Shown: in pieces, positions 27,395-39,698 of the stretch | How positions within the stretch are numbered: position 1 is the first letter of the stretch | How the letters are laid out: each line of letters begins with the position of its first letter | Source: Chlorokybus atmophyticus | Lineage: Eukaryota; Plantae; Mesostigma and Chlorokybus algae | Direction of reading: 5' to 3' | DNA length: 64,000 bases | Assembly: GCA_009103225.1 (NCBI GenBank) | Contig: RHPI01002264.1 | Coordinates: 111,644 to 175,643 of the forward strand | The notes under the pieces: model-generated | The model's database searches: none | Told to the model about the DNA's origin: nothing | The model's input: the letters and a program-made list of their open reading frames with translations, nothing else | Made by a program: the position numbers and the translations under genes

Positions 27395-30300
27395 AGGTCG
27401 AAGGATCCTGCGTCGGTGACCACACATTTTTGTATGACCTCGCTGCTGTGGGACGGGTCCACTCCTGTCAAGCGAATGCAGAGGGCTTGCTTGGTGATGC
27501 CAATCACCTTGTCACGGCTGCCGGTTTTAGTGTCGAGTACGTATGGGCACGGTATCAGCTTAGCACTGATGATGCTAAGGCCGCGCGCGAGATAACGTCC
27601 GATAATGACAGGCTGGGCTCCAAAGTCCAGCATCATCCCCCTTGGGTGCTTGTCCATTGATAGTGACATGCTTGCCTTGGTTGGCGATCATGGTTGCGTT
27701 GGCGTGGATGCGCAGCCGCTTGAATCGTCCGCGTGTGCGTTGGGTGTCTGCTGCTGCAGTCTCCTTCGGTGGTGTTAAGCGCAGTGCGGCAAGCGCCCCT
27801 CGATCGACTGGGTCTTGAGCACCTCCTTGACCGCGGCCTGGCCCGAACCGTCCTTGTCTTTGCTGTTGATAAACACGCTGTGGCCTGGGTGCTGGCCAGG
27901 CTGCCCTGGTTACGGCGCAGGGGGATTGCGCCTCTGTGTGTCCGGGGTCATGGCTGACTGCGTAGCCAGTGGCTGTTGGGGAAACCCTCGAGGACCGGGT
28001 GTCTGTGGGCCCGCCTCTCGTGCAGCCTGTTCTTCCACATAAGTCCAGCGTACTGCATGAGTTGCCTCCCTGACCAGTGTACCTTCCCATGTGGCTGTTG
28101 GGTTGTTGACCACGTCACTCCAGCGGTGATTCTCAGGCGTGGGCTGGAGATACACTGCGCGCAGGAGGAGGCCGCGCTCTCATGTTGTGGGTGATGGTGG
28201 GAACCCTTAGGATCCCTGCCATGTAGGCATCCCATCTACCATTGACCACTCCCACTTCCAACACCGTTGTTGCTCGCGCCCGCATAGTGAGGTAAATCTC
28301 TGGCTGTTGGACATGCTGCTCGTAAGCAGCTGCGATGCGTCTGCGTTGCCGCGCTGCTTCCACCCCTGGCAACCTCAGTATGGCCTCTTGTGCTCCTTGT
28401 AAAGTGTTAGTGGTTGCCGAGGCAACCTCGTCATAGGCTTGCCGTAGCGAGCGCAAGAAGGCGTCCAACCCGAACAATCTAGTGCCGAATGCAAACAGGG
28501 GGACTGCGGGGTGATTGGTGACTACCCAAGTCACCAGCCTTGCTCGAACTGCATTACCACCTTCTCGCATCCCCAACATCCGTCTCAGGCCGATGCCTTC
28601 TTGTCGGTGCAGCATGGTTGCTCGTCGCAACAAGGCAGTGCGAAGTTGCTGTTCCCCGATTGAACCTGCTCCATCTCGTTGTGTTCACCCTTGCGGTGTG
28701 AGGTAGCCTCTCCCTGGATTCCGTTGATCTTCAGGCAAGTCTTCCAACAAGGAGGGTAGCAGCGGGGCGATCACCCCCCTGGTTTGTTGGGCCAGCGCCC
28801 TCGTCGGGTCAATATCGGGCCCACCTACGAGAGGTGTCGTACTAGATGATGGTCTAGCGACTGTGGGTTGAAACGAAACGAAACGAAACGCCAGCGCGAG
28901 CATTGACAAGAGCATGCGCTCTTGCGTCGCCAGGTGAACGCCTGTTCCAGCGCGGTGTAGCGCTCATAAAGTCGAACGGTATTGAGGGGCCTCAGTGCTT
29001 TATTGTCAACCAGACGCATATCGACTGTATCAGCGATGTGCTGCTGTACGTTGAGGTGGGGGTGCCGGTCCCAATACGTGTCCAGTAGGCTGGGCTTAAA
29101 GGGTTCATGACGGACTGGTGCGGGTTGGCGCCGTCTGCATGTCGTTATGCAGAGTCTAAAACAACGGTAGTGCCAACTCCAATACAACAGGTGTTCTGAC
29201 TATAAAGACACGGTCTTGTTTGGGAGGCGCTGTACCGGCGAGGATTTCATCCTCCAGTTGCCGCTAAGTTTGTTCTGGCAGCGTGTGATATTCAGGCAGT
29301 GGGAAGACTCGGTCACTACGTTCAACGCGTGTTGTGCGCTTCCCTCCGCGCCCAACTAAAAGCAATGGTAGTGGGATCTGCTCCACGCATGATGGTCTCC
29401 CAAGCACGCTCAGCTTGCTGACCTCGTGGGACAGCTTGAGTGACGTCGAGGGCGGGCAATGTAGCTGCGCGTGTCACTGCAGTGGCAGCAGGTTCGACAA
29501 TGGCACTGCCGGTGGTGGCGAGAGTGCCGCTCAATGGTGCGAGGGTGGTCTCAACGCTAGCTGACACAAATGGCTCTGCAGTTGGAGCGGACCGGCGCGA
29601 CCTAATGCTGCAGGGTCGGTGACAGCAGTGGCTGTTGCCAGCGTGTTCACCAGTGGTGGCGTTACGGTGCTCACTGGTATAGCAACTTCTGGTAAAATTG
29701 GAGCAGCTGCTGTTGACATTGACGGAGTCGACATCGTAGCCGGTGTAACTGTTGCTGCTGGTGCAGTACCACTGAATGGCTTCAGAGGAGGTGGCTGCTG
29801 ACGATGTTGCGGCTTCCCCTCGATCTCGTCGGGATGGTTGGATACGCGTCGGAGTGCTGGTGTCTCTCGTGCACTTTGGAGCCATCGGTGCCCATCGGGC
29901 AGAGTAACAGGCGCGGTAGTTCTGCTCCTTGTCTTCCTCCAAGCGTGCCATACGCGCCATGAGGGCAGCCATATGGTCATTAGCTGGCGGGTTGGCTGGA
30001 ACCTTCGCGGCAACAGCAGCAGCGCGCGGACGTCCTTGCAGTCCCTTATGCTGAGGAGGGCGATTCTTCCCCTGTAGCCTTGCTCTTCCTTGTAAGTGTT
30101 GGGGTAGTTGTTGGTGTTGTTATGGCCTCCAGTGTGATTGCTGTTGTAGCCACCAGAGTTGTTGCCGTTGAGGCCTTCAGTGTTGTTGCTATTGTAGCCA
30201 TTAGAGTTGTTGCCGTTGTGGCCTCCAGTGCTGTTGCTGTTGTAGCCACCAGAAAGGTTGCTGTTGTGGCTGTTGACGGGTTTCAACTCAGGGAACTTGA

Positions 30301-32029
30301 GCCAGCAAACTAACTCTAAGTGGCCTGTCTTGTGACAGTAGTCGCCAGACCAAAGTTGAGTACTCTTCGGTGCACTTCTTTTGGTAGTGCCCATGCTGTC
30401 CACATCGATGACACAGCACAAGGGCAGGCAAAGCAGTATTCGCTGATCGTTTCCCTTCGTCACGTGCTGGTGGAGCGTCCCGGCCACGTTCGCAGCGAGG
30501 AGGCTCGACAGTCGTGCTAGCTACATGCCGTGAGGCGCTGCGGTTGGTGTACAGCACTGCCTTCTCATACACCAAGCGCTTATGGATGGCTTGTGCAGTG
30601 TCGAAAGCTTCCTTGAGCGTGTAGCCAAGGGGCCTGCTGTAGTTCAGGGGTCAGGCGCGTCGACTTGCTCAGGGTGGCATCCAACTCATTGACATATACC
30701 GCTGCAGCCGCCTCGTCACTGACGATCTTGTAGTTAATGTTCCTCAACAGCCCTTCCAGTCTGGAGTACAGGCGTAGAGGGTCCTCATTGGGCTTGCGTC
30801 AAAACCGCCTCAACTTCTCCACTTTGCTCGTGGTCTGCGGTGGGAAGGTGCGACGAAGTGCAGCGTATAGATCCTTGAGTGGAGATTCAAAAATGGCAGC
30901 ACCTACAGTGATGGCTGGCGCGCGCAGTGCAATTGACCCGAGGGCGAAAGCATTGCCTCCCGCACGAGAGCCAGGTGTTGCCAAAGGTAGGGGTGTGCCC
31001 ACCTCAACTGCTGCTGTTCGTTGCTCCTCAAGGATAACAGCAGAACGGTCCAGGATCCAGGCCCGTTGTGCGGCCGTCTTGATCTCAATCTCTGCAGGGG
31101 TCAGGTTGGCGATCACCAACTCAGGTTCCTCCTCCTCTGCTCTGTCAATGGCTGCCGCTATGGACAACCCGGTGACTGCAGCGGGAGTGGCAGGTGGAAA
31201 GACGGCTGCTGGACTGTGCAGTGACGCAGATGCTATAATACTGGCGAGCTCGCCATAGCCATCAACTCGATGCAGTTAAGCAACAGACTTCCACACATTT
31301 TGTGCTACATGATCCAGATACTGAGCGGCAATGTGAAAAGAGATCTCGTCTGACCAATCTTCGTTTTTCAGAGCCTGCTGTCGCATCTTGGAGTGGAACT
31401 TGATGATGAATTCGTCCAGCGAGGTAGTGCCAGCACGTCCGCAGAAGCGCAGGGACGTGGTTCAGCTGAAAGACTCCATCTCGTAGTCGTCACTGTCGGA
31501 CGAGAGTGGGGAAGCTCGATGCCGAGCAGTGGACAGGAACGGAGTGAAGTCGGAGACAAAACGCGAGCCTCTGCTGAAATGATCATTGCTCCCGTCGCTA
31601 GTCCGCTCGTAGGTGAGATTGAAGGTTGGGCTTCAGCTGCTGAGGTCACCCTCGTCTAGCGGAGAGAACGGAGTGGGTTTGCTCATACAGCTAGTCCAAA
31701 GGTGAAAGTGTATGCAGGGTAGAGTGTTTGTGCTCTACCGCCTGTCTCGATGCCGCTACCACTCACCACACTAGTGCTTGTGTGCGCTATGTGATAACAT
31801 AGATAACAAATGCACAGGGATGTGTCCCCAGATACAGACTGCACTATCTGATGCAGAATGCAACGCACTCACTTGAGCAAAGAGGGTGACACCGTGAGTC
31901 AACAAGCCCATACCATAGGTAGTGCTGTTTACGCAGTTCTTTGCACGAGCGGAAAATATGTTACACTGTTAAGTGAGGTGAATGAGCAAGCAACATGCAC
32001 CGGTAATTCTGGACCCCCCAAATTTCTGG

Positions 32030-32690
32030 AAATTCAGCGCATTTGCCCTGAATACTCATGTGTTTTATGTGTGAACTCGCCACTTGCGTGGCTGCAGAGG
32101 TCGCTGTTACGGTTGCTGATTATTCAGGCCAAATGCCCTGAATACAAGCAATGGATATTCACACGTTTTGGGCATGAATAATAATTGTAATTGTCCATCT
32201 CGCACACAACCTCCTACATGTGAGTAGTTATTCACTCGCAACAGAACTGCATATTCAGTCTTCTTAGGTATACATGGTCCTAGACTTGTACCATGGCACC
32301 AAGTGATTATTCATACTTTGTGTGCGTGAATATTTACAGCGCCTGCTCTCACACTAGGTCCTCCTTATTAGTAATTATTCACACGCATATTGGCTTAATG
32401 TTCACACATACTAAAGCTGTTTCAACAGCACATGTACCATACTAGCAAGTGATTATTCATATGATATGTGATTGAATAATACAGCATATTTGCTCTCACA
32501 CATAGTCCTATATATGAGTGGTTATTCACCCATAGTATGGTTGAACAATCACTGCTGCCTTTGGTCGATTTTTCACGAGAATGATAATTGAATCATACAG
32601 CACTTCTGCTCACACACATAGTCCTACATATAAGTGGTTATTCGCTCACAGTTTGGTTGAATAATCACTGCATCTTGCTATCGTCAACAG
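32030..32690. repeat. Left subterminal array of TGAATA/TATTCA motifs in both orientations
   Basis: More than 15 copies by eye, e.g. ttattcac, tgaatattt, gatattcac, tgaataatcac. Confidence 0.8.
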
Positions 32691-32819
32691 CTGTGACATA
32701 GCATAGCTGTGACATAGCACATAGCAATCAGTCCAGCCGGTGAATCTGAACAGCAATGTCAGCTGAATGGCAGCTGACTCGAACAACAAATTCACTGATG
32801 TCTACAATGTATCTCTGCT

Positions 32820-35328
32820 ACCTACTTCTTGCTGCCTCGACCACGCCCACCGCGCCCACCGCGCCCACCCCGGCTGCCCTTCCCACGGCCCCTCCCGCGC
32901 TGTGTGGTTGTGCCTTCTTTTGCTGGCTCCCTCACCTTGATACTCTTCAGCAACCCAACAGGCCAAAGTAGCAACAAACCCGGCTCGCACTCTGCGCATA
33001 CATCAACCACACATGAACTCAGCTGACTTGCACAATGTTGAAACTGTTCGTGCAATCGCATGCACACAAACGCGTTCACCTTTCAAGTGGGTCACTTGCA
33101 CTCCAACCCCATCACGCTTGAAGCTGATTGGCAGAGGCACAACCTCTTCTTCCCCTGGTCCGGGACGTCTGGTCCTAGTGATGGGAAGACTGCGGCTGAA
33201 CTGGACCACCATGTTGCCCTCTCCAATCTTCTTGCCATGAAACTTGTTGACAGGATTGATGTCGCTTACGTGCGCCTCCCCTACTGGTTCTTTGCGCCCG
33301 TTAATGAACAGTTGGACTTCACTGCCAACCTTCATCGTCGGTGCGGTGTCGTCCTTGTCGCTCAGCTCTTCCTGCGCATGCAAGTGACAAACACATCAAG
33401 AGGTACACACATACACAGATGTGATCTCTCATACAGCGCTTGCGAAGCGACCTGCCTTCTGCGAGTCGTTGTCGCTGTTGTTGGGGCTGTCCCCCTCGCT
33501 GTCCGGGGCGCTGTCCTTGGCGCCATCTTCACCGCTGTTCTCGCTTCTATCTGTCTCAGGCATTTCTGAATACGTTGGCTCATCCTGCGCGACAAGGTGA
33601 CACGACGTGTTAACAAGCTTACAACCGTCACGCAACGAATGCGTGCCTGCCGCAGGTGACAGTTTGTGTGCAGCCAGAAGAACGCAAGAAGCCCATAAGA
33701 TCAAGTACATGGTGCTTTCATACCTCCTTTTGCTTGCCGCTCTTCTTCTCCAACACCGTCTCCTGCTTGCCAGTCGAGTGGCCTGCCTCCTGAGACTTGT
33801 AGGGAGCCGGTATCGAGCGAACAGTTTTGTTTGTTTTCTTTTTGGGGGGGCTTGACACCTCATCCTCCTGCCAACAGCATGAAGTCAGATGGTGAGCCAC
33901 AACTCAGTGCATTGCCGCTCTATCAAGTCCAATGCTGCGTACCTCACCAGACACTTTGCGCTTCCCTGAGCTGCTGTCACGCACATCAGCACCCTGCTTG
34001 GCACGTGCCTGAACACAACAGTCATGAACGATCATGAACACATGTTTAGCAAAGTACAAGCAGGAGCGGCATCTGACCTGTGAACCAGTAGCAAGAGAAC
34101 TTCAGGGTTGTGGTGCAGTGCCTTCCTTGTTACCTATCGCATACACAAGGCACCGATCACAAAAACCTGCATATACACACAGTACTTCAGCAGCTGCCTG
34201 CGCGCGCAAGACGCGGCTCACGCTGCGAGGTGCCATTTTTGTCGTCGCTGGCGTCGCTGGCGGGATGTGAACGCGTGGGCGCCGTGCAATTACAAGGGGT
34301 CATCATACACACCACACAACCTGCATACATAAGGCACCATCAAATACAAAGCATCGTTCTCAACACGACATTGACAAAGCCAACTTTGTGCAAACTGTAG
34401 GTCACCCTCTGAGGTGGCATCCTCGTCGTCGCTGGCAGATTGCACTTCTTTTGACTTCTTGGGCTTCTTCTTGTTGGCTTTCTATCAAGCACATGGCAAA
34501 GGCACTCAAGACATGCACATCGCACGAACACCTTAGTCACTACATGACACACACCTTGTTGTTCTTGTCGCTAGGCCCTCCCCTGCGCCTTGGCACAAAG
34601 CCCCCCGCGAAAGCCTTCTCCATCATCTCCTTGTAACGATTCCGACTCTTTTCTTTCTGCTTCTCTTTGTGCTTGGGGTTGCTGTATCCCTTTTTGTTGC
34701 CCAGATACTGTTGAATCTTCAAACGCGCCTACCCACCAATAAAGAAGTTATGAACGCCAACACATGCAAAGCAAAGTCCTCCCAGCTCAAACAATGCTGC
34801 CATATTGCATGACAGCTCATGTAACTGTGGGAATTTGCCAACCATTTGATAGGAGAGCTCTGGATTCAGCAGATGCCAGCATTTGGTTGCAAGAGCGAAC
34901 TTGAATGGGTCCTGCTTCGTTTGAGTCTTCCCCGGCATCATGCGACAGTACTCGTAGCAAATCCGGCCTTTGTCGGCCAGCTTGGTGACCTTGCGACGAT
35001 CACGGGCATGATGCTTCCCACGCCAATGTAGGACCTTCAGTGCCTGCATGATTTACATTGGTGCACTAGTACAACATGGGACAAAACAGACTTCGGCAGC
35101 AAGGTCTGACATTGATTGCGGATGCTTGATGCATAAGCTCACTTTTAAGGAGACCATTGCTGTGGTCTCAAGATCACGCAGGTGAACAGTCGCCTCACTG
35201 GTTTCCCACTCATGCTGCAGCTGCTCATCAGAAGGACCACCAGCATTCTTCCCCCATATCTCTTCGTCCAAATTCTCCCATCCTTCGCTGCAGTTGCTGG
35301 ACCGCCCACCCGACGTGGTGCCTGACAT
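32820..35328 (-). CDS. Multi-exon TnpA-like (En/Spm Tnp1-type) accessory gene, possibly disrupted
   Basis: C-terminal VGEAHVSDINPVNKFHGKKIGEGNMVVQFSRSLP...LLLLWP resembles the VAxGxVxxxDPxxxVHGxxLG...LP...WP domain of CACTA TnpA proteins; upstream GT-AG exons; RGG-rich tail. Confidence 0.6.
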
Positions 35329-35521
35329 GATGATGCCCTCCTGTAGATAGATCAAGCTTGCTTTACAAGTCAGTTGCAACCGCAACCCTAATCAACCTCA
35401 AGTCTTGGTTGACTCAAGTGACTGCAGGTTGTAAGCCATGTGGACTTGCTTGTTGACTTGTCACAGCAAGCAAACCATGTACCTTGCAAAAGAAGTGTCT
35501 CTAAGCTGCTTGCACAAAGGC

Positions 35522-35957
35522 GTGCTTGTGAACTTGTCAAACAGGCACACTGCAAGCCAAACACCCAGTACCTTGTAGAGTAGAAGCTGCTTTAGCTTGT
35601 TGCCAGCTGAACACGACAAAGGTAAGCCTAACAGCAAGCTAGCAGGCAAATGGCATGTGCATGCACAAACATGTGCTTGTGAACTTGTCAAACAGGCACA
35701 CTGCAAGCCAAACACCCAGTACCTTGTAGAGTAGAAGCTGCTTCAGCTTCTTGCCAGCTGAACACGACAAAGGTAAGCCTAACAGCAAGCTAGCAGGCAA
35801 ATGGCATGTGCATGCACAAACACGTGCTTGTGAACTTGTCAAACAGGCACACTGCAAGCCAAACACCCAGTACCTTGTAGAGTAGAAGCTGCTTCAGCTT
35901 CTTGCCAGCTGAACACGACAAAGGTAAGCCTAACAGCAAGCTAGCAGGCAAATGGCA
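35522..35957 (+). repeat. Tandem repeat, 151-bp unit, about 2.9 copies
   Basis: gtgcttgtgaacttgtcaaacagg starts at 35522, 35673 and 35824; near-identical units. Confidence 0.95.
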
Positions 35958-36471
35958 GTCCAGAATGCTAGCGGCACAACACCATGCTGTATTTGCTAAT
36001 TGCAACGACGTGACCCAGCATGCAACCACTAGAAAGGCAGTGCGACAAGACAGCTGACAACGCTCGCTCACCTCGCCACAGCGCCGCCGCCGCCAACACA
36101 ACCAGCAAGTACGCCGGTGCTGTGGGACAATCAGTGCAATTCCCGGTGCGGAAATCCCTGCAATCAATGGAATGCAATGATCGTTCAAAAAATCCACATC
36201 AGCAATTATGCTGGTCGGACACCAGTCGCGTCTCCGCTTGCTCCGACCGCAATAGGCCGCACGAGCAATTGCCGTGGAAATTGCCTTTTGTCGAAACTTT
36301 GATTGCCAAAATGAACTCTATGTTTATTGGTCCATACAAACCAAGCGAAATTACATTCTCTATTTCCGATGAAATCTTCCATGTCCGAGGACGGTGTCTG
36401 TGTGGCTTACCCCAAACTATAAGTAACCCTAACCCAAACATCCAATGCATGCTGGTAGTTGTGCTGCAACA

Positions 36472-37390
36472 ATGGACCCCCCTGTACCCATGCGCACCAT
36501 GAATGAGGCTCTAACGCAGGCGCTCCTCGCAGTCGGGCGGCAATTAGTGGGACTAGGTCAGGTCTTGATACAACCGTGGAACGGTTATGTGGACTCTGGC
36601 GATGCTCGCTATTATCAGGTATCTTTCTCGCTATTCATGGTGTGAGTTGCGTGCGCTATGTCACTCTGCATGCTGCTGACTATGCATGCCACTATGCATG
36701 TGCCATACTGTTGCGCATTGTTTGTACATGCGTATGCCTTGTGTGCGATTTGGGTTGAGTTTGCCTGTGTAGTGTGCATATGTTTGTCCTGCTATGATAG
36801 GAACGCCTATATATATGCACAGCTCTGATTGCTACCATGCAGCACCCTTGCGCGTTACATGCCGTGCATGTCATGCCATGCTACTGCCTGAATGCGTGTC
36901 CAGTTCATGTCCATAACAATAGAGGCGCTGCCTATGCATTTGCATCAACTTCTGGCGCACGTTTATGAATGAATGCGATGCAACATCGCATGTTGGCGAG
37001 TTAACCTGTAAACTTGTCTGTCAGGTCCAATTATGCAATTGGGAGCTTTCAACTCGTGGAATTGTTCATCAGGCACCCATTGCGATTGCAGCTACTGTAC
37101 AAACCGGTGTGTATGTGGCAGTCTCCGTGCATGAGAACACTCCCTCGCCTCCTGATGCGCCTCTTCCTACTCGCACTATCATTAACTCGGGCACCTATGG
37201 CGCTGCTGGCCTGCGCATTGTGATCGAGTGCGACAACAATATTGCTGCACGCTGGAGTGTGTTTACTGGCTCCCAAGTCCCTGCACCTGGTGCAACGCCC
37301 GGTACCAGTCTCACACCAACTTGTAGTGGAGTTGTCCCTACTCGCGACCCTCCTAGTGAACCTAGTGACTCAAGTGACTCGTCGCAATGA
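36472..37390 (+). CDS. Two-exon hypothetical cargo gene, 170 aa
   Basis: ATG 36472; exon 36472-36618 (cag|gtatct) and exon 37025-37390 (gtcag|GTC) join in frame; telo-box-like aaccctaaccc just upstream. Confidence 0.6.
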
Positions 37391-39180
37391 CCATTGGTCT
37401 ACACACACTTTGTTTGCCCTTTACACTCTGGTTACCGCTGAGCTGCTCTGCTGGTAATTCTCCAAGTGTGGCTGTTGCTTGTGCAATTACTGATAACAGT
37501 GGGGTGTGTGCCTTTGTGCACCTTGGAGATCTAGCAGCAGATCAGCTCATGCACAACCGCCACAATTGTGTTCACAACAACATAGTGACTAGCAGACTAG
37601 TTACATAACAACTATACTACACAACAACTACCAAACTACCACCAAACTATACAACTACACAACAACAACAACTACACAACAACTATACAACTACCAAACT
37701 ACCACAAAATTATAGGCCTTGTGCAAGGATGACGCAAAGATCTGACCTTGTACTTTGTATTACCTCATGGCCGTAGCACAGCCTGCAAGGCAAAGCGGGT
37801 TGCGCTCAAAACTGCTGGACACAAATCAGGCATGCAAGCGCCTAACACTGGCAGTAGAATTGCCCAAACATGCTGTTGGAAAAACCCCTCACAACTGCAC
37901 TCACATATGCACAAATACAAGGTATGTTTGCGCAGCAGAAGAAGTGAACACGGACTTTTGCGACACACGCGCGCGTACACACACATGAGGGCTTACAATC
38001 AACTGCCCCAACTGACTGGACACCATACACACATGCACATTCATGTGATACGCATGCAAGAATGCATTTATCTGTCCCTGTCGTCGCTGGAGCTCTTGCC
38101 AACTTCTTGGGCACCGTGACTGGCGGTGTCCTGCAAACATGCTGCAGGCAATGCTCAACCTGTTGATAGCAGCTGTAAGAATGCCAAGACACCCAAAACA
38201 CAGAGCCAAATACTCTGACCTGAGTCTCATCCACAAACNACCATGCCTGGCATGCGAGCCCAGTGAATCACCAACACATGCAAATAACGGAAACCACAAG
38301 GCAGGACACTGAGGGCTTACATGCCGCCCCAGTGAATGACCAGCACACATACACACACGCACGCGCACAATTAAAACATGCATGCAGGCTTGCACGTATC
38401 TGCCTAAGTAGCTCTGCATCAACCAGGATGGCTGCCGCCGTCGCCGCCAACCTCAAGCACCTCGCCGCCGACCACGCCGCCCACAACCATTATAACTAAA
38501 GACGCTGCCGCGGCCGACCAAGACAACCTCGCCGCAGACCACAACAACCTCCCCGCCACCAACCTTGCAAACTACAACAACTTACAAGCACATTGGGGTT
38601 AGGGTTAGGGATGCCGGCTATGGCGTCAAAGGTGACTGATGGACCATCACTGATGGCACTGACATCATGTCAGTCCTGCACACTCCAGGTACAGTCTAAC
38701 CATCACGCCAATTCTGACANCGATAGCAGCTGTAAGAATGCCAAGACACCCAAAACACAGAGCCAATACTATGATTTGAGTCTCATCCACAAACACACCA
38801 TGCCTGGCATGCGAGCTCTGGTTTACCTGCTGTCTTGGAAGCAGCCGGCTGGATCATCATACCNTTTAGGGTTTTGGTGTAGCGATCGAGCAGACAACAG
38901 GCAACTGGCAAGGCTGGGCGGCAAGGGCGGCATTGTTGGCGAGGTCGGCGGCGGCGTTGGCTTCATTGCTGAAGTGCAAGTGTTGTGTTTTTGCTCGGTT
39001 GTTGTAGTTACTTCATTGAGTCCGAGAACCCTGGCGAGGTGGTTTCTTGCAGCTTCGGGTGGGCTTGCTGGAGGGTTTTGGCACTGCTTCCAACAAGGTG
39101 CAGCACATGCCGTGCTTGTCTTTGTTTGCATGCATGCCCGTTTGATCATTTCGCTAACTATCAAAAGTGCATGTTGTCAC

Positions 39181-39560
39181 TCTTGTTAGCCACCACTTGA
39201 TGCTAACCAGAGGGGCGGCCTCGTGCGTAAGACCACCTCTTGCTTAGTTTTTAAGCTGTTTTATTTGAGCATGCACTCTTGTTAGCAACCACTTGATGCT
39301 AACCAGAGGGGCGGCCTCGTGCGTAAGACCACCTCTTGCTCGGTTTTTAAGCTGTTTTATTTGAGCATGCACTCTTGTTAGCCACCACTTGATGCTAACC
39401 AGAGGGGCGGCCTCGTGCGTAAGACCACCTCTTGCTCAGTTTTCAAGCTGTTTTATTTGAGCATGCACTCTTGTTAGCCACCACTTGATGCTAACCAGAG
39501 GGGCGGCCTCGTGCGTAAGACCACCTCTTGCTCAGTTTCCAAGCTGTTTTATAGTTTTCA
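39181..39560 (+). repeat. Tandem repeat, 96-bp unit, 4 copies
   Basis: tcttgttagc(c/a)accacttgatgctaaccagaggggcggcc starts at 39181, 39277, 39373 and 39469. Confidence 0.95.
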
Positions 39561-39698
39561 TTGTGGCTGAGGCTAAAGTGTGCATGCTCAAGCTTGTCTG
39601 CATGCTCAAATAGGCAGCCGTGTGTGTGTGTGCATGCTCATGTTGCTCAACTATGTGTGCTTGTTTTTGGCTGTGAGGCTTTCCTCAGGTCGTTCATC

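Larger units (their letters stand above)
16650..31690 (-). mobile_element. Element C: degenerate Ty3/gypsy element of a second family (gag-PR-RT-RH-INT), interrupted by element B; LTRs not identified
   Basis: gag from ATG 31686 (SLDEFIIKFHSKM; Zn knuckles CHRCGQHGHYQKKC and YCHKTGHLELVC); protease MLDFGAQPVIIG (27669-27395, continuing left of 21192); RT (ILDMRQGYNQI, YIDDILI); RNase H (LHTDWSKLGMGAVL); integrase (HTELGHFGV, ITDQGIEF, ADGLAERTV, NCAPCH). Confidence 0.85.

Noticed and set aside
31690-31870. 5' LTR and PBS of element C (TGGTAGCGGC-like at about 31750-31760, minus strand)
   Set aside because: No CA dinucleotide adjacent and no second LTR copy in the window for confirmation
39181-39560. 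Possible CRISPR array
   Set aside because: Head-to-tail units with no unique spacers, no cas genes, and a eukaryotic context
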